The notes below the pieces were generated by a model. It saw only the letters and a program-made list of their open reading frames with translations, had not been told where the DNA came from and did no database searches. A program made the position numbers and the translations under genes. A DNA stretch of 55,410 bases from Alphaproteobacteria bacterium (GTDB taxonomy: Bacteria; Pseudomonadota; Alphaproteobacteria; Rs-D84): contig JAIDWS010000019.1 in the NCBI GenBank assembly GCA_029059055.1, forward strand, positions 1 to 55,410. The letters run 5' to 3'. How positions within the stretch are numbered: position 1 is the stretch's first letter; each line of letters begins with the position of its first letter. This document shows positions 28,150-36,648 of the stretch, piece after piece.

Positions 28150-28322
28150 AAAAAAACACCGCCGCACGGAATTGTGGGCGGTTGGAGGTTAGAAACTATC
28201 GATACAATAGCACGGCTTATTCAATATATTCGCCGTCCTCCAACCAACGGGGGTTGGAGATGTTTTGTGTCATCGCTGACAGTATCAAAAGGTTTCTAAG
28301 CCTACACCGGTTTCCCAATGCG
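28150..28322 (-). ncRNA. Structured leader/switch RNA, copy 8 (class A), upstream of the small HTH gene
   Basis: TTGAAC-N17-TATACT. 5' hairpin with GAAA loop. Stems TTAGAAAC/GTTTCTAA and TTGATAC/GTATCGA. Switch CTCCAACC / GGTTGGAGG / CCTCCAACC. Loop GAATATATTGAATAA. Terminator ACCGCC/GGCGGT. Confidence 0.78.
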
Positions 28323-28506
28323 TATCCAGTATATCGCATCCCGCGCGAATGTTCAAGGAATTTAAATTTATTGGTGTGTTGCCCAATCATCCCCCGTCGC
28401 GACATCACGGCGTCACGGCGTTTATTTTCATTCATTCCTTGACATGGGGCGCGGCGGGTGGTAATTATCACGGGCTGTTTTTATTATGCGTTTTGGGGGA
28501 ATGAAT

Positions 28507-29868
28507 ATGATACGCAATCAAAGTCAAAAAATTGAATTATTGGGACACGCACCCGTACGACGGGCATTGTTGGCCATGGGATTGCCAACCATGATTGGAA
28601 TGGTGATTATGGCCCTGTATAATCTGGCGGATGCGTATTTTGTGGCCGGATTGGGAACCGGACCCATGGGCGCGATTTCGGTGTTATTCCCACTGTCCCA
28701 GATTGTGGTTGGGGTCGCATTGTTGTTTGGAACGGGGGCGGCATCATATATCGCACGTCTGTTGGGACGCGACGATACACGCCATGCCAACCAAGTGGCC
28801 AGTACCGCCCTGTATGGCGGCGTATTGGCCGGGGCAATTGTCATCGGATTGGTCATGATGTTTATGACAGATGTGTTGCGGATGTGCGGGGCAACGGACG
28901 GCATTATGCCGTATGCCATCACATACACCGCAATTTATTTGCCGTTTGCAATCTTTGGCATATTTAATGTCACCATGAACAACATCGCCACCAGCGAAGG
29001 TGCCACCCGCGTCAGCATGCTGGGGATGGTGGCGGGCGCAATCGCCAACATTATTCTGGACCCGATTTTGATTTATGGGGCCGATATGGGTATCGCCGGC
29101 GCCGCAATCGCGACCGCGGTCGGAATGATGATGTCGTCTGCGATTTATCTGCGATATATGTTCAGTCATAAAAGTATCTTTACATTTCGCCCGCGCGATT
29201 GCCGATTTAACCGTGAAAACATGGTCGAAATTTTAAAGATTGGTATTCCCACACTGGTCGCCAGTGTGTTAACCGCGACATCGGTCACATTGACCAACCG
29301 TGCGGCGGCCCCGTTCGGCGATGTGGCCATCGCGGCACTGGGGACGGTGTTGCGCATTTTGGCCATCGGCGCATTGATGGTATTCGGATTTATCAAGGGG
29401 TTCCAGCCCATCGCCGGGTTCAGTTATGGCGCCCGCAATTTTGACCGACTGCGCGATGTGACACGCACCGCCATTCGTTGGACGACGGCATTTTGTGCCG
29501 TAACGGGCGCGGTATTGATTGCGCTGCGCACGCCCATCATGGCCCAATTCGCCGCCGGCGACGCCCAAATGATGGCGATTGGAACCGCGGCATTGACAGC
29601 ACATGCGGCGGCGTTGGTCACATTTGGTTTTTACACCGTGTGTTCATGCCTGTTTCTGGCGTTGGGGCGCGCACGTGCGGGCTTGTTCCTGGGCATCTGC
29701 CGCCAGGGAATTTGTCTGATTCCGGCCATTATTATCATGCCGACCATATGGGGATTAAACGGCGTTTTGTACGCCCAACCGGTGGCCGATTTGATTGCGT
29801 GTGTCATCGCCGGGATTATGACATGGCGTCTGCAACGTGATTTGCGGGCCATGCGCGCGGGGAAATAA
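28507..29868 (+). CDS. MATE-family efflux transporter
   Basis: MGLPTMIGM..LYNLADAYFVAGLG, NIILDPILIY, MGIAGAAIAT, GFQPIAGFSYGA. Confidence 0.93.
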   Translation: MIRNQSQKIELLGHAPVRRALLAMGLPTMIGMVIMALYNLADAYFVAGLGTGPMGAISVLFPLSQIVVGVALLFGTGAASYIARLLGRDDTRHANQVASTALYGGVLAGAIVIGLVMMFMTDVLRMCGATDGIMPYAITYTAIYLPFAIFGIFNVTMNNIATSEGATRVSMLGMVAGAIANIILDPILIYGADMGIAGAAIATAVGMMMSSAIYLRYMFSHKSIFTFRPRDCRFNRENMVEILKIGIPTLVASVLTATSVTLTNRAAAPFGDVAIAALGTVLRILAIGALMVFGFIKGFQPIAGFSYGARNFDRLRDVTRTAIRWTTAFCAVTGAVLIALRTPIMAQFAAGDAQMMAIGTAALTAHAAALVTFGFYTVCSCLFLALGRARAGLFLGICRQGICLIPAIIIMPTIWGLNGVLYAQPVADLIACVIAGIMTWRLQRDLRAMRAGK

Positions 29869-29912
29869 AAAAAGACTATGCCCCGGCACACCACGTGTGG
29901 TATGGTGCGGGC

Positions 29913-30314
29913 ATGCAAAGATTTAAACGCGCTGTTTTCTGCTACTATCTGTTGCACTTTCCGTGCGGGATGCACGCGTGGTTAATCATGTTGACGGGGG
30001 CATTGCGGCGCGACGGATTATTGACCATCGGCGCCACCCAACGAAAACAGGTTGCCGTCTGGGTCGGGCGCATGTTCGCCAAACCGGCCGATTTCGAAAC
30101 AATATTGCACGTCTTGTTGGGGGACACGTTTTTCGAACGAAACAAAGCGGACGTTTTAAAACTGGAACGCGAAGTTGGACGCCGCGTCATCGATTTGTGG
30201 GATACCGACCCGATATTTGACCGATATCCCCATTTGCGCGGATTGGGCCGGAACAAAGAATTCGAAGAACGCATGGCCAAAATGAAACAGGCCGCACGCG
30301 AAAAACAAAAATAA
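29913..30314 (+). CDS. Hypothetical protein
   Basis: Only plausible ORF in the gap; start uncertain. Confidence 0.55.
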   Translation: MQRFKRAVFCYYLLHFPCGMHAWLIMLTGALRRDGLLTIGATQRKQVAVWVGRMFAKPADFETILHVLLGDTFFERNKADVLKLEREVGRRVIDLWDTDPIFDRYPHLRGLGRNKEFEERMAKMKQAAREKQK

Positions 30315-30388
30315 TCAATGGGTGTTCCGTACGGAAAAAATTCCCATAAATTTGTTGAAAAAACATCAAAAGTATGTATAATGAAAAA

Positions 30389-30569
30389 CGTGACAGACTA
30401 TGACCACTGTCACGGGGTGTAGAAACCCCGCCAGTAGCGTCCACAGGCGACGTAAATGCCTCCAACTATGGGTTGGAGGGCGGCTGTTATAAGACTCGTT
30501 CCAAGGCACCGCACTATCTACTGGTAGTTTCTACCCTCCAGCCCACCTTCCGGTCAAGGCGGGTATTTT
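30389..30569 (+). ncRNA. Structured switch-like RNA, copy 9 (intermediate class), no downstream gene
   Basis: TTGAAA-N16-TATAAT. 5' hairpin GTGACAG/CTGTCAC. Stems GTAGAAAC/GTTTCTAC and CCAGTAG/CTACTGG. Switch CCTCCAAC / GGGTTGGAGGG / CCCTCCAGCCC. Imperfect terminator. Confidence 0.72.
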
Positions 30570-30648
30570 CATGGGGCGTGTGCGATTTTCTCTCTCCGGA
30601 TAAAAACGTGCGCGCCCTGTTTTCTTTGTTCAAAAAACGGATTTTCTG

Positions 30649-32853
30649 TTACATAAAATTTTGCGGACCAACGTCCACTTTGACCCGGATATTGGCCGGA
30701 ATACGTACGGTGTTTAACCAACGCCGAACAATGGGCTGTAAATTCGCACGGGCCGGGCCGGATATTAAAAAACGCATCCGGTACCAATTGCGAATTTGAT
30801 AAACCTGGGCCGCGATGGGCCCCATGATTTTACCACCGGATAATGCCGGGGCAGATGCCGCCAAATCCGCACAAAATTGTTGCAGAACGGATTCTTTTTG
30901 TCCTTCGACAACCAACGCAATCAATTGACCGTACGGGGGCATCTGGGCCGCGCGACGGGCCGCCATGTCGGACGCCATAAATTCATCACGCGCACCCGCA
31001 CAAATCGCCGTCATAACCGGATGGTCCGGCTGATACGTTTGCATCAAAACACGCCCGGGAATATTGCCACGGCCCGCACGACCGGCCACCTGGAACAATT
31101 GCTGGAACGTGTGTTCGGCCGCACGAAAATCGGTGCCGTATAATCCCATGTCTGCATCCACAACCCCAACCAGTGTCAGATTCGGAAAATGGTGTCCCTT
31201 GGCCAGGATTTGGGTGCCGATGACAATGTCGATTTCGCCCGATTCCATTTTATGCACCAACCGTTCCAACGCCGCACGCGATAACATGGTATCACTGGAT
31301 ACCAATGCGGTGCGCGCCGCGGGAAAACGGGCGGCAATTTCTTCTTGGATTCGTTCCAGCCCCGCCCCGCGCATGGATACATCACGACCACAATCGGGAC
31401 ATGCCGTCGGCATTGGCGCCGTACGACCGCACATATGGCACAGTAATTTTCCCAACCGCTTGTGATACGTCATGCCGACACTGCAATCGGGACACTGGGC
31501 CGCCCAGCCACAATGACGACATTGGACAATCGGGGCAAATCCACGCCGGTTGATGAATAACATCGCCTGATGACCGGCCGACAAAGTTTCACCAATCGCA
31601 TCACACAGCGTGGGCGACAACATCCCCGGCCGCGTCTGGTCCCCGTCACCGGGTATCGGGTAATCGGTCGGGCGATTGGCACGCATGTCAATGGTTTCAA
31701 TGGTTGGCATGGTCGCCCCACCGAACCGCGACGTCAAACGCAATCGCCCATATTTACCCAGCGCAACATTTTCCAGCGTTTCGGCCGATGGCGTCGCACT
31801 GGCCAATACCACGGGGAATCCCGCAATCGCCGCCCGCAACACCGCCATGTCGCGCGCATGGTAATTGCCCATGTCTTCCTGTTTATATGACCCGTCGTGT
31901 TCTTCGTCGATAATCACCAAGCCCAAATCTTGCCACGGCAAAAACAGCGCACTGCGCGTGCCGACCACAATGCGAACATCCCCCGCCAACACCCCGCGCC
32001 AGATTTCACGCCGACGCGCCGCGGTTAAATTACTGTGCCATACGACGGGCGGCGCACCAAAGCGCGCGGCAAACCGGTCCATAAACTGGGCCGTTAATGC
32101 GATTTCCGGCATCATTAACAAAACACTGCGCCCCGCGGCATATGCCCGCCACAGGGCGTCAAAATAAACCTGGGTCTTGCCGGAACCGGTTACGCCGTCC
32201 AACAAATGAACGGAAAATCCACCCGCATCAATATGGCGGGCCAACGTATCGGCGGCGGCCTGTTGGTCGGCATTTAATGTGACCGATTTTGTATCCCGAT
32301 ATTGATGGACAAATGTCGCATCATTATGACGGGCGCGCACATCGGTCGGCACCAAATTCCCCCCCCGAACCAAGCCGCGCACCACCGACGCCCCGACGCG
32401 GGCAATATTTTGGATGTCGGCGGCCGACATGGCTTCGTTATCATTGGCGGCGAACGCATCGGCGACCATTTGCCGCTGGGCCGTCATGCGGGTGCCGTCC
32501 GCCATGTGCCACGTATACAATTGTTCTGTGCGCGGGGGTGAAAAAGCATCGCTGACATTCAATATTAACCGCAATACCGCACCCGGCGCCATCATGGTCC
32601 AATCCGCCATCTTATGAATCCACGTCAAATCAGCCGCCGTCATATGGCCATCCAGAATCGCAGACACAGATTTAATTTTCTGGGGGGGCAAATGGCTGTC
32701 ACCCGGCCCGATAATCACCCCGACATACGGGCGCATCATCACCGTAACACGAACCATGTCCCCCACCCCCGCCGACGCGGTCAAACGATAATCATACCCG
32801 GCGTTGACAACGTTGGGGATTAAGACTTTGACAATATCACCGGCATTAAACAT
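30649..32853 (-). CDS. priA: Primosomal protein N' helicase
   Basis: LLDGVTGSGKT, LMMPEIALT, IDEEHD, SATPS, two CxxC pairs, GTQILAKGHHF, QVAGRAGR. Confidence 0.97.
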   Translation of the reverse strand: MFNAGDIVKVLIPNVVNAGYDYRLTASAGVGDMVRVTVMMRPYVGVIIGPGDSHLPPQKIKSVSAILDGHMTAADLTWIHKMADWTMMAPGAVLRLILNVSDAFSPPRTEQLYTWHMADGTRMTAQRQMVADAFAANDNEAMSAADIQNIARVGASVVRGLVRGGNLVPTDVRARHNDATFVHQYRDTKSVTLNADQQAAADTLARHIDAGGFSVHLLDGVTGSGKTQVYFDALWRAYAAGRSVLLMMPEIALTAQFMDRFAARFGAPPVVWHSNLTAARRREIWRGVLAGDVRIVVGTRSALFLPWQDLGLVIIDEEHDGSYKQEDMGNYHARDMAVLRAAIAGFPVVLASATPSAETLENVALGKYGRLRLTSRFGGATMPTIETIDMRANRPTDYPIPGDGDQTRPGMLSPTLCDAIGETLSAGHQAMLFINRRGFAPIVQCRHCGWAAQCPDCSVGMTYHKRLGKLLCHMCGRTAPMPTACPDCGRDVSMRGAGLERIQEEIAARFPAARTALVSSDTMLSRAALERLVHKMESGEIDIVIGTQILAKGHHFPNLTLVGVVDADMGLYGTDFRAAEHTFQQLFQVAGRAGRGNIPGRVLMQTYQPDHPVMTAICAGARDEFMASDMAARRAAQMPPYGQLIALVVEGQKESVLQQFCADLAASAPALSGGKIMGPIAAQVYQIRNWYRMRFLISGPARANLQPIVRRWLNTVRIPANIRVKVDVGPQNFM

Positions 32854-32935
32854 GATTGACAAAGTACTTGTTTTTTATCTTTTTTTCAATACCATTTATG
32901 ACCGTACAGAAAAAAAGACAGCAAAGCAGACCGCC

Positions 32936-33649
32936 ATGATGAAATTCTTTTTTACGTTGGGTGATTTATTGACATATCTGGTGCCGTTTCCGCGCTGGCG
33001 TGAAAATCTGCGGGTGGTGCAATTGTATGATTTCCGCCGCAAATACCGGGCGCTGCGCCATGCGTTTCCCAATTTGTCGTTCCGGCACGTCAAAATGGTC
33101 AAGGGCGGATGGAACATCGGATTTATCGTTGACCGCAAATACGTCTTTAAAATTCGCAAATCGTTTGACGGCGGCCCGCGCGTGGACAAAATCATCCGGG
33201 AAAAACGTATCACAGACGCGTTTGCATCCGTATCCCCATGGCGCATCCCCAAAATTGACATTATTGAATCTGATGGGCTGACATTTTACAAGTATGATTT
33301 TATTCCCGGCAAAAACCTGAACCGGTATTCACGGCGCACAATTACGCGTCGCCGCGACCAATGGGGGCGTCAAATTGCAGAATTTATCCACGCCATCCAT
33401 CACAGTGACCCGGCCCAAATCGCGGATTTAAAGACCGGCAATGGCGACGGATGGAACCACAACGACATTTGCAATAACATGATTGTCGACCCCAAAACAA
33501 TGGATATTGTGGGTCTGATTGATTGGGAATATTCCGGCTGGGGGCCATTACAAACCGAATTTGACAACACGGTGGCGTTTTCCCACGCCATGCGTCAATC
33601 CGGCATTCAACGCGTCATTATCAACGAATATAAAAAGTTGACAAAATAA
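32936..33649 (+). CDS. Aminoglycoside phosphotransferase / choline-kinase-like protein
   Basis: YVFKI, EKRIT, HNDICNN, VGLIDWEYSG. Confidence 0.7.
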   Translation: MMKFFFTLGDLLTYLVPFPRWRENLRVVQLYDFRRKYRALRHAFPNLSFRHVKMVKGGWNIGFIVDRKYVFKIRKSFDGGPRVDKIIREKRITDAFASVSPWRIPKIDIIESDGLTFYKYDFIPGKNLNRYSRRTITRRRDQWGRQIAEFIHAIHHSDPAQIADLKTGNGDGWNHNDICNNMIVDPKTMDIVGLIDWEYSGWGPLQTEFDNTVAFSHAMRQSGIQRVIINEYKKLTK

Positions 33650-33699
33650 TTTAATCGTATATTATACTGTTCGGTATTAATTCACAAAAGGACCGTTTT

Positions 33700-34266
33700 A
33701 TGGCACAGCAATCGATTTCCCACAAACCATCTGCCGCCGTTAATATGTTTAACAAGACATATACCGGATATATCATGACCAAGGTTTTGGATAAATACGG
33801 TCCGTCATACGTAACACCGCAAAACGGGGGCAAGCAATGGCGTACAACCATTTCCTGGTCCCAGGAAATTGAAGATTTTCTGATTTTCGAAAGCAAGATG
33901 TTCATTCGTCTGCTGGATTCACAGGATGCGCGGTCGACAGATTTGTCTTTCTTGTACGCGTTAACACGATTGATGGCGGATTATCTGGCCAAATTCTGTA
34001 TGATGGCCCCGGGGATTATGACCCGTAAACAGGCGTTCCGCAATCTGCATACGGCCCTGTATGACCAATTCGGATATATTCAGCGCTTGGCCGCGACCCA
34101 GGCGGCGGCCCGCGAAGTGCGCGCCGAACGCAATCGCCGTTACACATCGCCGCGCCCCCAATCGCGCACATCGAACGCATCCACGGTCAGTGCGGCCGCG
34201 CAAAAATACTGCGCCATGCGTAATATCGTGGCGGGCGCGGCACCCAAAAATAAAAAAACCAAATAA
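33700..34266 (+). CDS. Hypothetical protein
   Basis: 188-aa ORF with AAGGA RBS, convergent with miaA. Confidence 0.7.
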   Translation: MAQQSISHKPSAAVNMFNKTYTGYIMTKVLDKYGPSYVTPQNGGKQWRTTISWSQEIEDFLIFESKMFIRLLDSQDARSTDLSFLYALTRLMADYLAKFCMMAPGIMTRKQAFRNLHTALYDQFGYIQRLAATQAAAREVRAERNRRYTSPRPQSRTSNASTVSAAAQKYCAMRNIVAGAAPKNKKTK

Positions 34267-34273
34267 CGAAAAA

Positions 34274-35164
34274 TTACAAACGTTGTACCAACGCGTCGAC
34301 ATCCCCATCGGTCGGCGCGTTTGTTATTTCAATATCTGCATCAAACTGGGTGCGGAACCATGTCCGCTGACGCTTGGCATATTGATTGGTGCGAACAATC
34401 CAATTTTCATTGCACGCATCCGCATCAATTTCCCCGCGCAAATACCGACACAATTGCGCGGCGCCGATGGCGCGATTTTCATCCCACCCGGATGCGATGA
34501 CGGCGCGGGCTTCGTCCAGTGCGCCCCCCGCCATCATTTGCGGAATACGGGCGGCAATGCGCGGCAACAAAACATCACGCGGCGGATTAACCAAGATACG
34601 CGTCGGGCATGGCACAATGGCCCCACGACGCGGCAATTTCTGCCAATGGGACAGCGGCTGGCCGGTTTCCAATAATACTTCCAATGCGCGGGCCATCCGC
34701 TGGGGATCGGCGGGACAATCGGGCCCCAACATGGCGCGCGCGGCATCTGGATTTTCGGCCACCATATCACGGGCGCGCCGACGCGCATCGTCCGACACAT
34801 CCGGCATCGGCGATAAACCGTTGATAATCGCATTGATATAAAATCCCGTGCCGCCGACAAAGATGGGCATCCGCCCCGCCCCAATCGCCGCATCATATTC
34901 GCGCCGCGCCAGATTCAGGTAATCGGCCACACTGATTTGTTCGGTTAACGGCAATATGGAAAATAATTTATACGGCACACCGTCAATGTCGGGTGTGATG
35001 GGGCGGCCGGCAAATGGACTGGCCGAAATGTTTTCAATCCCGCGGTATATTTGAACACTGTCGCAATTGATAATGACGCCACCCGTGCGCATGGCCAAAC
35101 GATGCGCCAAATCAGATTTTCCCGATGCCGTCGGGCCGGCAATAATGACAGATGTTGCATTCAT
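34274..35164 (-). CDS. miaA: tRNA dimethylallyltransferase
   Basis: IAGPTASGKS, INCDSVQIY, VGGTGFY, RALEV, TNQYAKRQRTWFR. Confidence 0.97.
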   Translation of the reverse strand: MNATSVIIAGPTASGKSDLAHRLAMRTGGVIINCDSVQIYRGIENISASPFAGRPITPDIDGVPYKLFSILPLTEQISVADYLNLARREYDAAIGAGRMPIFVGGTGFYINAIINGLSPMPDVSDDARRRARDMVAENPDAARAMLGPDCPADPQRMARALEVLLETGQPLSHWQKLPRRGAIVPCPTRILVNPPRDVLLPRIAARIPQMMAGGALDEARAVIASGWDENRAIGAAQLCRYLRGEIDADACNENWIVRTNQYAKRQRTWFRTQFDADIEITNAPTDGDVDALVQRL

Positions 35165-35278
35165 ACATCAATTATACGGTGTGATTTTGAAATTTGCAAC
35201 CGACATCATTTTCAGATTGTATTCATGAAAAAATGGTGCCATGATAGGTACGTTTGAAGAAAACAAAAAGGAAGAAAA

Positions 35279-36280
35279 ATGTCAAAAGTAAAAGTTGCTA
35301 TTAACGGGTTCGGCCGCATTGGTCGCTTGGTATTGCGTGCCGCCCTGGAATCTGGTCGCGACGATATCGAATTTGTTGCGGTTAACGATTTGGCCCCGGC
35401 GCAGCAGAACGCATATCTGTTGGAATATGATTCCGTACACGGGAAATTGCCGATGGACGTGAAACTGGACGGGGATTACATCATTGTCGGCAACCAGAAA
35501 ATCAAATGTATTGCCGAAAAAGACCCGACCAAATTGCCGTGGGGCGAATTGGGCATTGATGTTGTTATGGAATGCACCGGTATCTTTACCGCCGCAGACA
35601 AGGCACGCGTTCACCTGGACGCGGGCGCAAAACGCGTTTTGGTATCCGCCCCGTCGGCGGGCGCGGACGCGACAATCGTGTACGGCGTTAACCAAGACAC
35701 ATTGAAATCGACCGATTTGATTGTATCCAACGCATCTTGCACCACGAACTGCCTGGCGCCGGTGGCCCAGGTTCTGGACGAAAAATACGGGATTATTTCG
35801 GGCTGGATGACAACGGTTCACGCATACACCGGCGACCAACAGTTGTTGGATAAAAACCACAAAGATTTCCGTCGTGCACGCGCCGCGGCATTGTCCATGA
35901 TTCCGACCAGCACCGGCGCGGCCAAGGCAATCGGTTTGGTTTTGCCGAAATTGGCGGGCAAATTGGACGGTATGGCCATCCGCGTTCCGACCCCGGACGT
36001 ATCGGTTGTCGAATTGGTCGTCAATCTGGAAAAAGATGCCACCGTCGAAGACATCAACGCCGCAATGCATGCCGCATCGTCGAAAACATTTGGTTACAAC
36101 GACAAACCGTTGGTATCCATTGACTTTACCGGCGACGCGCACAGTTCCATCTTTGACGCATCCCAGACCAAGGTCTTGGGCGACCGTCTGGTTCATGTGA
36201 CCGCATGGTATGACAATGAATGGGGCTTTTCGAACCGTATGGGCGACACCGCGGTTGCGATGGGAAAATTGATTAAATAA
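35279..36280 (+). CDS. gap: Glyceraldehyde-3-phosphate dehydrogenase (type I)
   Basis: INGFGRIGR, SNASCTTNCLAP, WYDNEWGFS. Confidence 0.99.
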   Translation: MSKVKVAINGFGRIGRLVLRAALESGRDDIEFVAVNDLAPAQQNAYLLEYDSVHGKLPMDVKLDGDYIIVGNQKIKCIAEKDPTKLPWGELGIDVVMECTGIFTAADKARVHLDAGAKRVLVSAPSAGADATIVYGVNQDTLKSTDLIVSNASCTTNCLAPVAQVLDEKYGIISGWMTTVHAYTGDQQLLDKNHKDFRRARAAALSMIPTSTGAAKAIGLVLPKLAGKLDGMAIRVPTPDVSVVELVVNLEKDATVEDINAAMHAASSKTFGYNDKPLVSIDFTGDAHSSIFDASQTKVLGDRLVHVTAWYDNEWGFSNRMGDTAVAMGKLIK

Positions 36281-36296
36281 TCATCCCACAATTCAT

Positions 36297-36323
36297 AAAT
36301 CCCGCCCCACGGCGGGATTTTTT
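36297..36323. terminator. Bidirectional intrinsic terminator
   Basis: AAATCCCGCC-CCAC-GGCGGGATTTTTT. Confidence 0.8.
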
Positions 36324-36348
36324 ATGTCGGCGTTACAATGACAGAATT

Positions 36349-36648
36349 TCAGTCCAACGGACAAATTTCTTCGAAAATAAAAATGCCGGACATATCGTTA
36401 TAATCAACGGCGGCCGGGGCAAACATAATGCATGTCCCATCGGGCGTTTCCAACAAACAGCTGGTGGTATGCCCGACACTGGAATATCCGGTGGGACACG
36501 CCCCATCGGTAATAATCATATTGGATTCAATAACGGCAGCGTAACCCGACGGACATTCGGTTGCCGGCCCGTCAGCGGGCGCCGTCGCCGGGCACAACGC
36601 AATGGCGATTACACACATTGTCCGCATAATATTCATGATACCCGCCAT
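36349..36648 (-). CDS. Small secreted Cys-containing hypothetical protein
   Basis: Signal peptide, CPSGY/CPTGY repeats; start overlaps the upstream stop. Confidence 0.7.
   Translation of the reverse strand: MAGIMNIMRTMCVIAIALCPATAPADGPATECPSGYAAVIESNMIITDGACPTGYSSVGHTTSCLLETPDGTCIMFAPAAVDYNDMSGIFIFEEICPLD

Noticed and set aside
3960-30530. Conserved leader peptide inside the RNA elements
   Set aside because: Short ORFs exist (MSPACRREGG, MKNSTPWVGGA, MTQNISNPRWLEDGEYIE) but frame, length and sequence are not shared and some copies have none.
3896-30569. Assigning the RNA family to a known riboswitch (T-box, lysine, c-di-AMP/ydaO, cobalamin, yybP, SAM-I)
   Set aside because: Only isolated short look-alikes occur (GCGCTAT, TGAATC, GCTAACTC, GGGA). 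The defining cores (UGGNACC bulge, AGAGGUGC, GGGGUGAAUC, etc.) are absent. An Rfam search is still needed.
3896-30569. MITE/IS interpretation of the RNA family
   Set aside because: No terminal inverted repeats, target-site duplications or transposase were seen; conservation is in pairing, not end sequence. RNA-mediated mobility is not excluded.
30473-30799. ORF as the downstream gene of RNA copy 9
   Set aside because: It starts inside the element, crosses the terminator and overlaps priA antisense; no RBS.
673-36196. Long antisense or alternative-frame ORFs (e.g. 1243-2268, 4099-4836, 16097-16705, 35282-36196)
   Set aside because: Shadows of well-supported genes on the opposite strand; no motifs or RBS.
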